A stretch of DNA of 64,000 nt, from IMG/VR virus record IMGVR_UViG_3300035199_000776, one strand, 5' to 3'. The stretch is from an uncultured virus (IMG/VR IMGVR_UViG_3300035199_000776). Its lineage: Duplodnaviria > Heunggongvirae > Uroviricota > Caudoviricetes. Each line of letters begins with the position of its first letter. Positions within the stretch are counted from its first letter, which is position 1. The notes beneath the pieces are model-generated. The model saw only the letters and a program-made list of their open reading frames with translations. It was not told the origin of the DNA and searched no databases. The position numbers and the translations under genes are program-made. Positions 48,787-58,198 of this stretch are shown piece after piece.

Positions 48787-49542
48787 TTATCTATCTCCGC
48801 ATGCCCATGACATGTTGTTAAACCTATTATACCATATTAGTGGACTATCAATTATTACTGATTTATTAAAATAAAATAAAGTGTCCATGCAAAAATCGTA
48901 ATCATAGGATACATCCATCTCCCACTTCCACTCTATTTTATCTAAGACGCTTCTCAAGATAGACGTGCTACCTCCTGTAATGTCCCACTCAAACCCGCTT
49001 CCATATGGCAAAGAATTGCCTTTCGGACCAAAAACCTTTCTGGGTCTATTCTGTCTGGTTCTGTGCGACTGTTCTGTTTTCAAATACTCTGGGAAATATA
49101 GAGAGAACATGTCTTGCGAACTCCTGTAGTTGACCCGCTTAGAGTCCAGATCATGGAACCCTTTTTCATAAGTAAAAGCATGGTTTAAGTGCAGAATATC
49201 ATAATTTTCAAAAAAGTATTTGATTACCTCTATTCGTTGTGGGTGGGGGATATCATCTGAGTCCTGGTAAATTATCAACTCGTGCTGTGCTTCGAGGCTA
49301 CCGGCGCCGCGGTTGGGGCCCTCTGGCACCGTTCTGTCGTGTAATAGTATTTTAAAGTTATCAAACGAATTATTAAATTTATTCCCTACACCTGTTATAA
49401 TAGCTTGGTCCATTAAGTGAGCGTTGGCCACCGATACAATTACCTCATCAGGCACGATAGTGTTTCTCTCATAATGTTCTAGGATACACTCTACAAAATG
49501 AAAGTGGTAATTTGTAGACGGTATTACTAAGCTTGTTTTCAC
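48787..49542 (-). CDS. Glycosyltransferase family 2
   Basis: SLVIPS, PDEVIV, NRG, YQDSDD, DYDF; probable GTG start at 49542. Confidence 0.8.
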   Translation of the reverse strand: MKTSLVIPSTNYHFHFVECILEHYERNTIVPDEVIVSVANAHLMDQAIITGVGNKFNNSFDNFKILLHDRTVPEGPNRGAGSLEAQHELIIYQDSDDIPHPQRIEVIKYFFENYDILHLNHAFTYEKGFHDLDSKRVNYRSSQDMFSLYFPEYLKTEQSHRTRQNRPRKVFGPKGNSLPYGSGFEWDITGGSTSILRSVLDKIEWKWEMDVSYDYDFCMDTLFYFNKSVIIDSPLIWYNRFNNMSWACGDR

Positions 49543-49543
49543 C

Positions 49544-50311
49544 TTATTGATACCCCTGCATGACCGGATACGGTAAATCTCTGTCAATACTCTCGCAATA
49601 CTTAAGGGTTAACGGATGAAATATATTGCCGCATATAACCGCCCATGGTATTGGATATTTTGATTTTTCCCCCGTATTTGGGTTAGTGTAGTCATGGGAA
49701 TCTCTTGGCCACGCAGAAGGATATTTTTTAAGTTCCTCAAGATAACCATCCATTTTCTCAGTAAGGCCGGCCCACCAATCCTGTGTTAAGGAGGTATTCT
49801 TTCTACATATGAAACAACCATTTCCTATCAATTTAAACCAATTCTGTTTTATCTGTTTTGAGGACCACTGTCCTTGTTCGTTTAGTGTGAAATCCCTACA
49901 GTATCGCGATTCTTTGGGATCTAACCTACAGCCCTCCAAAAACGCCACATGACCAGGAGCCTTTTCGGCATAACCGATGGCCATCAAATTGTTATTTGAT
50001 ATAATTCTATCAAAATACGGCGCCCAGGAGGCCGGGGTCTTTTTTATGTCGCTATATCCACCTCCATGGTGGTGCATAAAGTAAGCCTTTAAGTAGTCGC
50101 CCTTTTGTATCTCTGATAAATACTCGTAGCCCTCGTGTAAGTCTGGTAGGTCCTTTATTTGTTCCCTTGTTATTAATTGTATATTACAATCTTTGTTGAT
50201 CTCGCAAAATTGTTGGTATGACTCCATTCTTCGACTAGATAATTCGTTTTCTCCGGTCCACCATAACCATATTGTTTTTTTCTCCAAATAATTTTCTTGC
50301 GGATCAAACAT
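49544..50311 (-). CDS. GT32-like / capsular-polysaccharide-synthesis-type glycosyltransferase
   Basis: IWLWW, KGDYLKAYFMHHHGGGYSDIK. Confidence 0.7.
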   Translation of the reverse strand: MFDPQENYLEKKTIWLWWTGENELSSRRMESYQQFCEINKDCNIQLITREQIKDLPDLHEGYEYLSEIQKGDYLKAYFMHHHGGGYSDIKKTPASWAPYFDRIISNNNLMAIGYAEKAPGHVAFLEGCRLDPKESRYCRDFTLNEQGQWSSKQIKQNWFKLIGNGCFICRKNTSLTQDWWAGLTEKMDGYLEELKKYPSAWPRDSHDYTNPNTGEKSKYPIPWAVICGNIFHPLTLKYCESIDRDLPYPVMQGYQ

Positions 50312-51206
50312 TTATATTCTCCAATTTGTCATCTACAAATTGACTTAATAGATCAAATTTCGAACCAGAAACAATATCAAAATCCTTCTTGCTGCTGTTG
50401 TGCCAGTGCCACCCAAAAGATTCTAAGAATAAATGGTCTGAATTCTCCAGAGGGTTCAAAAAGCCTTGGGATTCTATATAATCTCCCAGGCCTGGGTGTT
50501 TTTTATTTATGCACCACTCGATATTAAAAAAGGACGCAGGCATCACATTAAATCTATACTTTCTGTAAAGCGAAGCAAACATCTGCTTACCCCAACAGGT
50601 GGTGGCTGGTGCTGCACGGGTCAGAATAAGCTCACTCATTAGTTGCTCCATGAATTCACTTCTAGACTTACCAGACAAAACCGTCGCGCAGGCGCCTTCT
50701 CTGGCGAAATCTGTTTCGGAACCCCACATATACATGTATTCTTGGTCCAACAAGGGCTTGAAGTCTCTTAATAAAATAACATCCATATCACACCAAATTC
50801 CACCATACTTATATAATAGAAGTATTCTAGCTAAATCGCTTTGTAGGTAATATTTGTCATCCTTCATTTTTAACTTTATATTGCCCTCCAAAGGAGTACC
50901 AATCGCTTCCGACTCTGCGTCGTAAACGTTAAAAGTGACCAAATTCTTGTACGGCTGTATCAAGGGGTTATCTGATATGCTGTAATCAGACCAAACAATT
51001 AATTCTGTTTTATCTAAATTCTGTGTCGCTAAATACGACTTAATTACCATTAACTCCTTAGACGTTTTTATCTCTGTGTAAACATGGAACTTCACTATTT
51101 CCTCGGGGTATTCGTAATCAGAGTCAGAGATTTTTCTGAGGAATGCTACACATTCTTCATAATCTTTATACAAATTTGGATTTTTTTCAAAACTAATATC
51201 TATCAT
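50304..51206 (-). CDS. GT32 (DxD, Gly_transf_sug) glycosyltransferase
   Basis: SDLARILLLYKYGGIWCDMD. Confidence 0.85.
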   Translation of the reverse strand: MIDISFEKNPNLYKDYEECVAFLRKISDSDYEYPEEIVKFHVYTEIKTSKELMVIKSYLATQNLDKTELIVWSDYSISDNPLIQPYKNLVTFNVYDAESEAIGTPLEGNIKLKMKDDKYYLQSDLARILLLYKYGGIWCDMDVILLRDFKPLLDQEYMYMWGSETDFAREGACATVLSGKSRSEFMEQLMSELILTRAAPATTCWGKQMFASLYRKYRFNVMPASFFNIEWCINKKHPGLGDYIESQGFLNPLENSDHLFLESFGWHWHNSSKKDFDIVSGSKFDLLSQFVDDKLENINV

Positions 51207-51221
51207 TATTATCTTCCTTCT

Positions 51222-52391
51222 TTATTGAGAAATATTTTTATTCACAATACTACAAATTAATTCTATTTCTTTTTCAGTTATTTCATGATTATTTGGCAAG
51301 TATAGACCAAAATCATTTACTAAATCTGCGTTTTTCAGACGCGTTTCCCCATACCTCTTGATCCAGAAAGGTTGCCTGCCGATGGAGCCAGAAATCAACG
51401 GTCTGACCGCGATGGCTTCTTCACTCAAGGCAGCAATGATTCTAGCCCTATTCGGGCTCATCACTGGGTAGGCGAAACTAGAGACATAGCGCGCTTTTCG
51501 TGACTTAGGCGGCGTCCAAAAATCATTTTTTAACAACTTGCGATATAAGTTATAATTCTTGTTTCTCTCAGATATAATAAAATCTAATTTTTTTAATTGG
51601 GCTAGCCCCAAAAAAGCTTGTAAATCAGTCGCTCGAACGTTAAAACCATAGTGGTAAAACTTATAGAGAGATTCAAATTCGCTGACGCGATATCTTTTTC
51701 TCATAGCCTCTCTATAATCGGGGTCCATATCTCTATCCCAACCATGACTTCGAATACTCTTTAAAATATTAAATATTTCTCTATCGTCCGTACATATCAT
51801 ACCACCTTCTATGGTAGACAAATGGTGACCGAAGTAGGTAGAAAAAGAGGACATTGTACCAAATGTTCCTATATTTTTATCCCCAAACCTAGATCCCAGA
51901 GACTCGCAGGCATCCTCTAAAATTATAACATTGTTTTTCTCGCATAACTCTACAATCTTGTCCATTTCGGGTACAAGCCCCAAAACGGAAACTAGAATTA
52001 AAACTTTTGGACTTTCTTTTTCTATTATAGATTTAAGATGTTCTATGTCTATTGAAAGGTCGTCTAAGTTACAATCGCACAACACTGGCTCTAATCCGAA
52101 TTGAACAACTGGTGCTAAGTCCGTAGACCAAGAAACGGCAGGGACAACTACCTTATCTCCCCTATCTAGTCTCCCACTTTCTATTAAAGAATAAAACATT
52201 AAAAGGTTAGCAGATGAACCTGAGTTAACAAAAACAGAATACTTGCGCCCGAGAACGTCGGCCCACCGGTGTTCATATTCTACAGTTAACTTGCCTTTCG
52301 TCAGATGTGGATAAGTCTTGAGCCATTCGATGAGATCATCTATTTCTTTTTTGTTAATCGTGTCTTTTACTAAAGATATCATATTAAACAT
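51222..52391 (-). CDS. ColD-like GDP-4-keto-6-deoxy-D-mannose 3-dehydratase (DegT/DnrJ fold, catalytic His)
   Basis: VNSGSSANLL, EDACES, STYFGHHLSTIEGG (His in place of the PLP Lys), HGW; no Fe-S Cys motif of E1/AscC. Confidence 0.75.
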   Translation of the reverse strand: MFNMISLVKDTINKKEIDDLIEWLKTYPHLTKGKLTVEYEHRWADVLGRKYSVFVNSGSSANLLMFYSLIESGRLDRGDKVVVPAVSWSTDLAPVVQFGLEPVLCDCNLDDLSIDIEHLKSIIEKESPKVLILVSVLGLVPEMDKIVELCEKNNVIILEDACESLGSRFGDKNIGTFGTMSSFSTYFGHHLSTIEGGMICTDDREIFNILKSIRSHGWDRDMDPDYREAMRKRYRVSEFESLYKFYHYGFNVRATDLQAFLGLAQLKKLDFIISERNKNYNLYRKLLKNDFWTPPKSRKARYVSSFAYPVMSPNRARIIAALSEEAIAVRPLISGSIGRQPFWIKRYGETRLKNADLVNDFGLYLPNNHEITEKEIELICSIVNKNISQ

Positions 52392-53482
52392 CCATAAAAC
52401 TCATATATACACTTCACCACATAATCTTGCTGGGTTGGTGTTAGGTTATACGAAGATGGGAGCGATATTCCCTTTGAATAGATCTCCTCGCTCACCTTAA
52501 AATCAGAATTTGAGCCATCCGGGCCGTAGCAAGGCTGTAAGTGGAGAGGATAAAAGAAATCCCTAGTTTGTATGTCTCTTTCCATTAGGAATTGCTTTAA
52601 ACCTTTTTTATCTTCGCACAAAAAAGAAGTAAACCACCAAACAGGATCACACCTAGGGTCTAAATATGTCTTATCTAATTTTCCTTCTAAGTTCTTTAGT
52701 TTTTGTTGATATATATCATAAATTTGCTTTTTCTTATCAATAATCTTTGAAAGCTTTTTCATTTGAGATATACCAACTGCGGCTTGCATCTCTGTGAATG
52801 AAAAATTAAAACCTATATGTTCGTGCCTAAAGGTCCCCTTAGTTAATCTCCCGTGGTTTTTAAGTCGATATATGCAGTCCCTTAGTTCTGGCGAGTTAGT
52901 CAGTACTATACCGCCCTCTCCGCAGGTTATCGTCTTATTTCCATAAAATGACAGTATCCCCAATTCTCCAAAGGTACCAACGTGCTTACCGTTAAAAGAT
53001 ACGCCAACGCCCTGCGCGGCGTCCTCTACTACACTAATATTTCTATTTCTTGCAATATTAATTATTCTTTCCATATCGGCACTCTGCCCATAAAGATGTA
53101 CCGGTATAACTGCTTTGGTCCTTTTAGTTATAAGATTCTCCATAATAATTGGATCCATACAAAAGGTCCTCTCGTCAACCTCGCAAAATATTGGGTGCGC
53201 GCCGGACATCAGAACTGCATTGGCGGTGGCAATAAACGTTAGGTTGGGGACTATAACTTCATCGCCCGGGCCAATCTCTAAGGCTTTTAAACAGCAATAC
53301 AAAGCTAGTGTTCCGTTCGCTACGGATACAGCATACTTAGAACCCGTCAAGTCCTTGACCATGCCCTCAAACTCTTCAGTTAATACGTGTTCCGTAACGA
53401 ATGTAGACTCAATAACCCTTTTTAACTGCACAAGTTCAGACTCATCAATCCAGGGTTCAATCTGCGGTATAAAGCCCATCAT
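52379..53482 (-). CDS. DegT/DnrJ aminotransferase, GDP-perosamine synthase-like
   Basis: NGTLAL, TFIATANAV, VHLYGQ, EDAAQ, SFYGNKTITCGEGG, LPSS. Confidence 0.8.
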   Translation of the reverse strand: MMGFIPQIEPWIDESELVQLKRVIESTFVTEHVLTEEFEGMVKDLTGSKYAVSVANGTLALYCCLKALEIGPGDEVIVPNLTFIATANAVLMSGAHPIFCEVDERTFCMDPIIMENLITKRTKAVIPVHLYGQSADMERIINIARNRNISVVEDAAQGVGVSFNGKHVGTFGELGILSFYGNKTITCGEGGIVLTNSPELRDCIYRLKNHGRLTKGTFRHEHIGFNFSFTEMQAAVGISQMKKLSKIIDKKKQIYDIYQQKLKNLEGKLDKTYLDPRCDPVWWFTSFLCEDKKGLKQFLMERDIQTRDFFYPLHLQPCYGPDGSNSDFKVSEEIYSKGISLPSSYNLTPTQQDYVVKCIYEFYGCLI

Positions 53483-53843
53483 ACGACTTTTGCTCCTTAA
53501 TAAGAGAATTGCAATGATTATTAATTTTATTTTTTACTAAAAATCTTTCATCATTAAGTTTAGCATCCAACCTAGCATGCTCTATAAATTCTTCGTCAAA
53601 CTTATTTTGAGCCTCCAGGGATCTAATAATATCTTCTGTGTCCCATAGCTCCTGGTTTATTTTTCTAAGTTGTTTAAACAGGTGTGGCGGTACCTTGACG
53701 TCTTTTTGTTCCAGTTGCCCAGATAAAATTCGCAACTCCTCTCTAACATATTTAAGTTTCTTATCGTCTAGGATGTGTTTTTCTTTAATTTGTAAGATTG
53801 TGATCTTATCTACCACTTCTCCCATAGAAACATCGATCTTCAC
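53457..53843 (-). CDS. Conserved hypothetical protein of glycan loci (DUF6165-like)
   Basis: VSMGEVVDKITILQIK...INQELWDTED.IR...NDER...K.KIN...EQKSY. Confidence 0.7.
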   Translation of the reverse strand: MKIDVSMGEVVDKITILQIKEKHILDDKKLKYVREELRILSGQLEQKDVKVPPHLFKQLRKINQELWDTEDIIRSLEAQNKFDEEFIEHARLDAKLNDERFLVKNKINNHCNSLIKEQKSYDGLYTAD

Positions 53844-54715
53844 CGTTCACCTCGTATTAAATCAGAATGATATTTAATCTTCAAAAACTTATCAACATTA
53901 TCAAAACTATACTTTGTGTTGTCAAACGCGCTGGTATCCAGATCTCCCCAGTCTTCTATAAAAACACCAGGCAAATTATAGTGCTCAAATAAAGATCTTA
54001 TAGTGTTGTCTATATTTATCGGAATAGAATCCACCAACAAACATTCATAATTCCTATGCACATCGGGGCCCGAGCCCTCTAGGCAGATGACATATTTATA
54101 CTTATCTAACATAGCCATATACTCAGGCCAAGAAAGCTTGTCCCTCTGCACTTCCACGAAATCTAAATTGGCCAACATAGCGAATAATTCGGCTCTCTGG
54201 GGGTTTGTGTTAAGCGTGTGGTGCGGGAGTAATACTTTATCTTTTTTGTTTTTGAATTTAGTCCTATTTTTTCGGCATTTTGAAATCAATTCTTGATTGC
54301 CGCCCTCACGTTCCCTTTCCTCAAACCCTATGGGTAAAGGAACTATCTTTTCGCTCTCACAGTCTGGCGGGTTGGTGCAGTACCATTTTATCAACTTAGG
54401 GCTCTCTAATATATCACTATAGCTAGAGGCCCCGTTAGAGCCAACATGATATGAAGAAATACCACTAACAAGGATAAATTTACTAGATATCTTCGGAAGA
54501 ATATAATTCTGAAAATACCCGTTATAGATATAATCGGTTTTTATAAAAACTCTTTCTCCCTCCTCCACATCTTCGGGCCTAAAAAAGTCATGATCGTGAA
54601 GCCTGCTCACCCCTACGGAATTATAAAAATCTTCTCCATGATCCATAGCCCGATCACACACCATAGGCATCCAATTATAGCAAATAAAAGAGTTTTCGTC
54701 TATTTTAGTTTTCAT
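53840..54715 (-). CDS. Exostosin (GT47)-like glycosyltransferase
   Basis: PLPIG, YKYVICLEGSGPDVHRNYECLLVDSIPI resembles the exostosin C-terminal motif. Confidence 0.65.
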   Translation of the reverse strand: MKTKIDENSFICYNWMPMVCDRAMDHGEDFYNSVGVSRLHDHDFFRPEDVEEGERVFIKTDYIYNGYFQNYILPKISSKFILVSGISSYHVGSNGASSYSDILESPKLIKWYCTNPPDCESEKIVPLPIGFEEREREGGNQELISKCRKNRTKFKNKKDKVLLPHHTLNTNPQRAELFAMLANLDFVEVQRDKLSWPEYMAMLDKYKYVICLEGSGPDVHRNYECLLVDSIPINIDNTIRSLFEHYNLPGVFIEDWGDLDTSAFDNTKYSFDNVDKFLKIKYHSDLIRGER

Positions 54716-55418
54716 ATTTTATAATATTCCATTTCTTATTTGTGTAGTTCCCTAGTGGCTGGTTTCTGAAATCATGATAAAACAACGCGTCGGTTTTCGC
54801 ATACAAATCTATCAGCGACTTAAAAGAACTCTCCATACAATGTATCTCTTCCGCCTCTTCTAATATCTTTATGAAATGAAAGATATTCTCCGTTACATCG
54901 TTTTCTATAATCCTCAACGTCGAGTCTAGAAAATGTTTATGGTTAACTTCAAAACCCCTTTCTTTGTCCTCATGGACAAAAATAAACGGCTCATTCTCTG
55001 GGTTTAGCTTGTCGAAGACTCGGCGCTCTTCCTCCAAGTCCCTATCGAAATAAAAGAGGTCTACGCGTACACCATACGGCATTTCCACCTGATCATAAAA
55101 GAACTCCCAACAATTCTTGTCGTATAGGTGCTCCCTCAAAAAAGGATAATTCTCATGCCCAACTCTCAAAAAATGGGCAAAATCATTATTCTTAATATAC
55201 TCATCTACTTGTTTATACTCGTCTTGGTTCTTATCTATTTCTACAACAGTAATCCTTTCTTCATCTCTGTACATAAACTCGATCATATCATAATAATTTG
55301 ATTTTGAAAATACATGGATTCCATCGATATCTGGCTTAGCTAAGAAACAGCGGACCATACCATTACAATCCAAGTGATCCCCCAAGCCTAAGTGGTGATG
55401 AATACAAATTTCGTTCAT
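54705..55418 (-). CDS. Putative glycosyltransferase (GLGD motif)
   Basis: HHHLGLGDHL, EEIHCMESSF; cluster context. Confidence 0.55.
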   Translation of the reverse strand: MNEICIHHHLGLGDHLDCNGMVRCFLAKPDIDGIHVFSKSNYYDMIEFMYRDEERITVVEIDKNQDEYKQVDEYIKNNDFAHFLRVGHENYPFLREHLYDKNCWEFFYDQVEMPYGVRVDLFYFDRDLEEERRVFDKLNPENEPFIFVHEDKERGFEVNHKHFLDSTLRIIENDVTENIFHFIKILEEAEEIHCMESSFKSLIDLYAKTDALFYHDFRNQPLGNYTNKKWNIIKYEN

Positions 55419-56257
55419 ATTGACGACCCGCAAAGAGAAAGTATTTTTTTCGCCCGAATATCATATGTATGCCGCTTAGCGAGTCTCTGCCCTTCTATTG
55501 ATATCCTGCGGACTTCGGCTGGGTTGTTCTGACAGTATTCTATTTTTTCGCAAAGTGTGCTAGGGTCATGGTACATTAGACAGTTCTCCCCATCTACAAA
55601 CCCCAACTTTTCATACTGGGGATTGTAATTGGTCAAAAGAAGAGTGCCGCAACCCAGCGTCTCAAAGCTACGATAATTTATGTCATTAGCCAAATTTACA
55701 TTAAATTGCACATCATACGAAGAAACAGTATCTACCATCTTCTCCCCTAAAACCCATATATCCTGCCTTAACCCATATTTTTCCGTCAAGAAATCTAAAA
55801 CAGGTGCCCTGTTCAAGATAGATCCGCAAAATCCCAAAAATACTTCTTTCTCTTGTGTTGGTCTTATTAGAGAATCATCATAACAATTGGGAAACCAGAT
55901 GCTATTCGCATCAACATAGTCCTCTATAGCTTGTAGAACTAGATCATATCCCCCCTCTGTATAAGTCTTGGTATAAGACTCCATCCCCCTACAGTGAGCG
56001 TCTATGACCCACAGAAACTTTTTTGGGCCTGTTGTCGAAGACAAACTAGGCACCCACCCAGATAAATCATAATTTTCTAAATTTATTATTAAATCATAAG
56101 AATTCCAATCAGGGGTCTCCGGGTAGTTTTTATGACCAAGCCCCCAAATATCCACATTACAGCCAAGCTTCTCTAGGGACCTCAACATGCAAAAACACTC
56201 TCGGAAGGCCCTGTTCTCTTCGTGATGTCCATTTTCTTGGATTATTAAAATTTTCAT
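55415..56257 (-). CDS. Glycosyltransferase (Glyco_trans_1_2 / CgeB-like)
   Basis: FN...NYRSFETLGCGTLLLT...FVDGE...HTY..R. Confidence 0.8.
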   Translation of the reverse strand: MKILIIQENGHHEENRAFRECFCMLRSLEKLGCNVDIWGLGHKNYPETPDWNSYDLIINLENYDLSGWVPSLSSTTGPKKFLWVIDAHCRGMESYTKTYTEGGYDLVLQAIEDYVDANSIWFPNCYDDSLIRPTQEKEVFLGFCGSILNRAPVLDFLTEKYGLRQDIWVLGEKMVDTVSSYDVQFNVNLANDINYRSFETLGCGTLLLTNYNPQYEKLGFVDGENCLMYHDPSTLCEKIEYCQNNPAEVRRISIEGQRLAKRHTYDIRAKKILSLCGSSI

Positions 56258-56904
56258 TAAATCATCTCCGAATGGCTTGGGTCAAAAAAAGTATCATCAT
56301 GATTGAACGCCTGTCCTACAAAGAACTTCCCGTCTCTCGCACAAGGAAAGGCTTTCTTTTCAAAAAATTCATCATGTACTAAACAATCATTTTTCACAAT
56401 TGGATATATTATTGTCTTTAAAAAGTTCTGGTCTACTTGCCAATAATCTCCTTTAATGAATTTGTCAACTAAAATTTTCATATTTATTAAAAAAGGATTT
56501 TTTACACCCCACATCCCACCTAATATTTCCGTAGCATGATAGGGGTGATCTCTCATAATGTGAAACTTCTTATCACTCTCTAGCCATTCTCGAACGGCCT
56601 GCGACTCGCGCTTGTTTAGCCTGGAGTCTGTATCCCTAGATATCATTACACCCACACCGGGATCGGAAGCGTCGAGAAATCTCCAAAACATGCCTTCCCA
56701 ATTTCCTTCTTCGCTTCGTAAGAATATTTCTGTGTTCTCCATGCAGCTAAGAGCTTCGATATACTGCCGCGGCGTGGACTTACCCACATGATATCTACAA
56801 AGCCATCCGGGATAAAACTCTTTAGCTAAACCTGCGTTTTTAATTGCTCCCACACAATATTTTGGATCGTCTCCCCATAAGCTAAAACTTATAACCTTTT
56901 TCAC
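56257..56904 (-). CDS. Putative glycosyltransferase (conserved hypothetical)
   Basis: ISFSLWG...KY..GA, WRF, RDTDSR (DxD), FHIMRDHPYH, LGGMWG, DQNFL. Confidence 0.6.
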   Translation of the reverse strand: MKKVISFSLWGDDPKYCVGAIKNAGLAKEFYPGWLCRYHVGKSTPRQYIEALSCMENTEIFLRSEEGNWEGMFWRFLDASDPGVGVMISRDTDSRLNKRESQAVREWLESDKKFHIMRDHPYHATEILGGMWGVKNPFLINMKILVDKFIKGDYWQVDQNFLKTIIYPIVKNDCLVHDEFFEKKAFPCARDGKFFVGQAFNHDDTFFDPSHSEMI

Positions 56905-57437
56905 CAAGACCCCCTGTTGGCGTGAGGAAAGGGAATTCCGGGATATGATTTTTCTAAAAAATTACACACTTCTTCCCAACCATCTCCCTTCTCAAAACAC
57001 ACTTCTAATAAATCATTCGGCCTATTTTTAAAATATTTCCTAACCTCCTGATTATGCTTAAGATATCGATTTATAAATTTTTCAGACGAAGGGATGTCTT
57101 CTTCCTTGGCGCCGTCCCTTCTCCACATATTTATATCACTTCGGGCCACAGCCTCTGGGGTGGACCGGAGGGTGAGAATAAACTTACTATTTGGGAACCA
57201 TTCGTCTAACTCTTCATACAAAAAGAGCCATGGCGCATCGGAAAAAGCATCAAAATATTTTGCCTTATCCTTAACAATATCGTAAAATTGTTTATATGTA
57301 CTTTTATCCTCTAGCCAATCATCCATCCCCGACAGGCCCCAATAATTATAGGTTGTTCTGTATCCCAAAACCTGTAGGGCGTACCCTATGCTGGTGGTAC
57401 CTGTTTTATACATTCCTATGCAAAAAACTTTGCTCAT
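56901..57437 (-). CDS. Sulfotransferase-family protein
   Basis: FCIGMYKTGTTS (5'-PSB loop), FPNSKFILTLR, GWEEVCNFL, FPHAN. Confidence 0.85.
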   Translation of the reverse strand: MSKVFCIGMYKTGTTSIGYALQVLGYRTTYNYWGLSGMDDWLEDKSTYKQFYDIVKDKAKYFDAFSDAPWLFLYEELDEWFPNSKFILTLRSTPEAVARSDINMWRRDGAKEEDIPSSEKFINRYLKHNQEVRKYFKNRPNDLLEVCFEKGDGWEEVCNFLEKSYPGIPFPHANRGSW

Positions 57438-58198
57438 TTCGTAAAATACCCTTGATACCTAGATGTTACCTGGGGGCCAAACACGTCGGTGTATTCCCAA
57501 AAAACTTTGTACTCTTCGTCGACCTTATCCTCTCTTTTGTGGGGAGACGTAGACAACCCCGAGGGGTTCATATAATAGATCCCGTATGCGCCATCTATCA
57601 TTTTAAACTGACTGTCGTTGCGAACAGCGCGGAGCCACATCTCCCAATCGCCGGCATGCCTATAGGATTCGTCAAACAAACCTATACCATCATGCATAGA
57701 GCGCCTCCACACTGGTTGACACCCCGGCAAGCATTTAATCATCGCCTCCCTGGAAAATGGATGTGTCGGGTAAACCTTATAACCGGAGGAGTTCTCATAG
57801 AATGTTTCGTGATCCTTTTCGGTTATAAAACAGTATGAATATACTAAATCTACGTCAGAGTTGTCGTTTAACACTTCCACAAATTTCTCTATTTGATTGT
57901 AAGCTCTTTTATCATCTAAGTTTGCGTTTGTTATAAATTCACCAGAGCTATTTTCAATTGCATAATTCCAGCAACCATAGATGCCAGGGTCTTCCTCTAG
58001 CCTGTGGTATATGATATTACTATGTACCTTTTGAAAGTCTTTGATAATATCTTGTTCATTGCCCGGGGATGCGCCGTCTACTATTATTAATTCGCAGTGG
58101 TCAAAATATGTCTGTTTTATCATGTCCTCAAGAAATCCTTGAATATGACTGTCTCCCCCATATAAAGATGTTATTATCGAAACTCTTGGACTATTCAT
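57434..58198 (-). CDS. Glycosyltransferase family 2
   Basis: VSIITSLY, ELIIVDG, CWN, NANLDD, GDWEMWLR. Confidence 0.85.
   Translation of the reverse strand: MNSPRVSIITSLYGGDSHIQGFLEDMIKQTYFDHCELIIVDGASPGNEQDIIKDFQKVHSNIIYHRLEEDPGIYGCWNYAIENSSGEFITNANLDDKRAYNQIEKFVEVLNDNSDVDLVYSYCFITEKDHETFYENSSGYKVYPTHPFSREAMIKCLPGCQPVWRRSMHDGIGLFDESYRHAGDWEMWLRAVRNDSQFKMIDGAYGIYYMNPSGLSTSPHKREDKVDEEYKVFWEYTDVFGPQVTSRYQGYFTK

Noticed and set aside
51222..52391. CDP-sugar E1 dehydrase (AscC/RfbH) or ordinary aminotransferase
   Set aside because: His replaces the PLP Lys, the Fe-S cysteine motif is absent, and the context is GDP-mannose based, which favours a ColD-like assignment.
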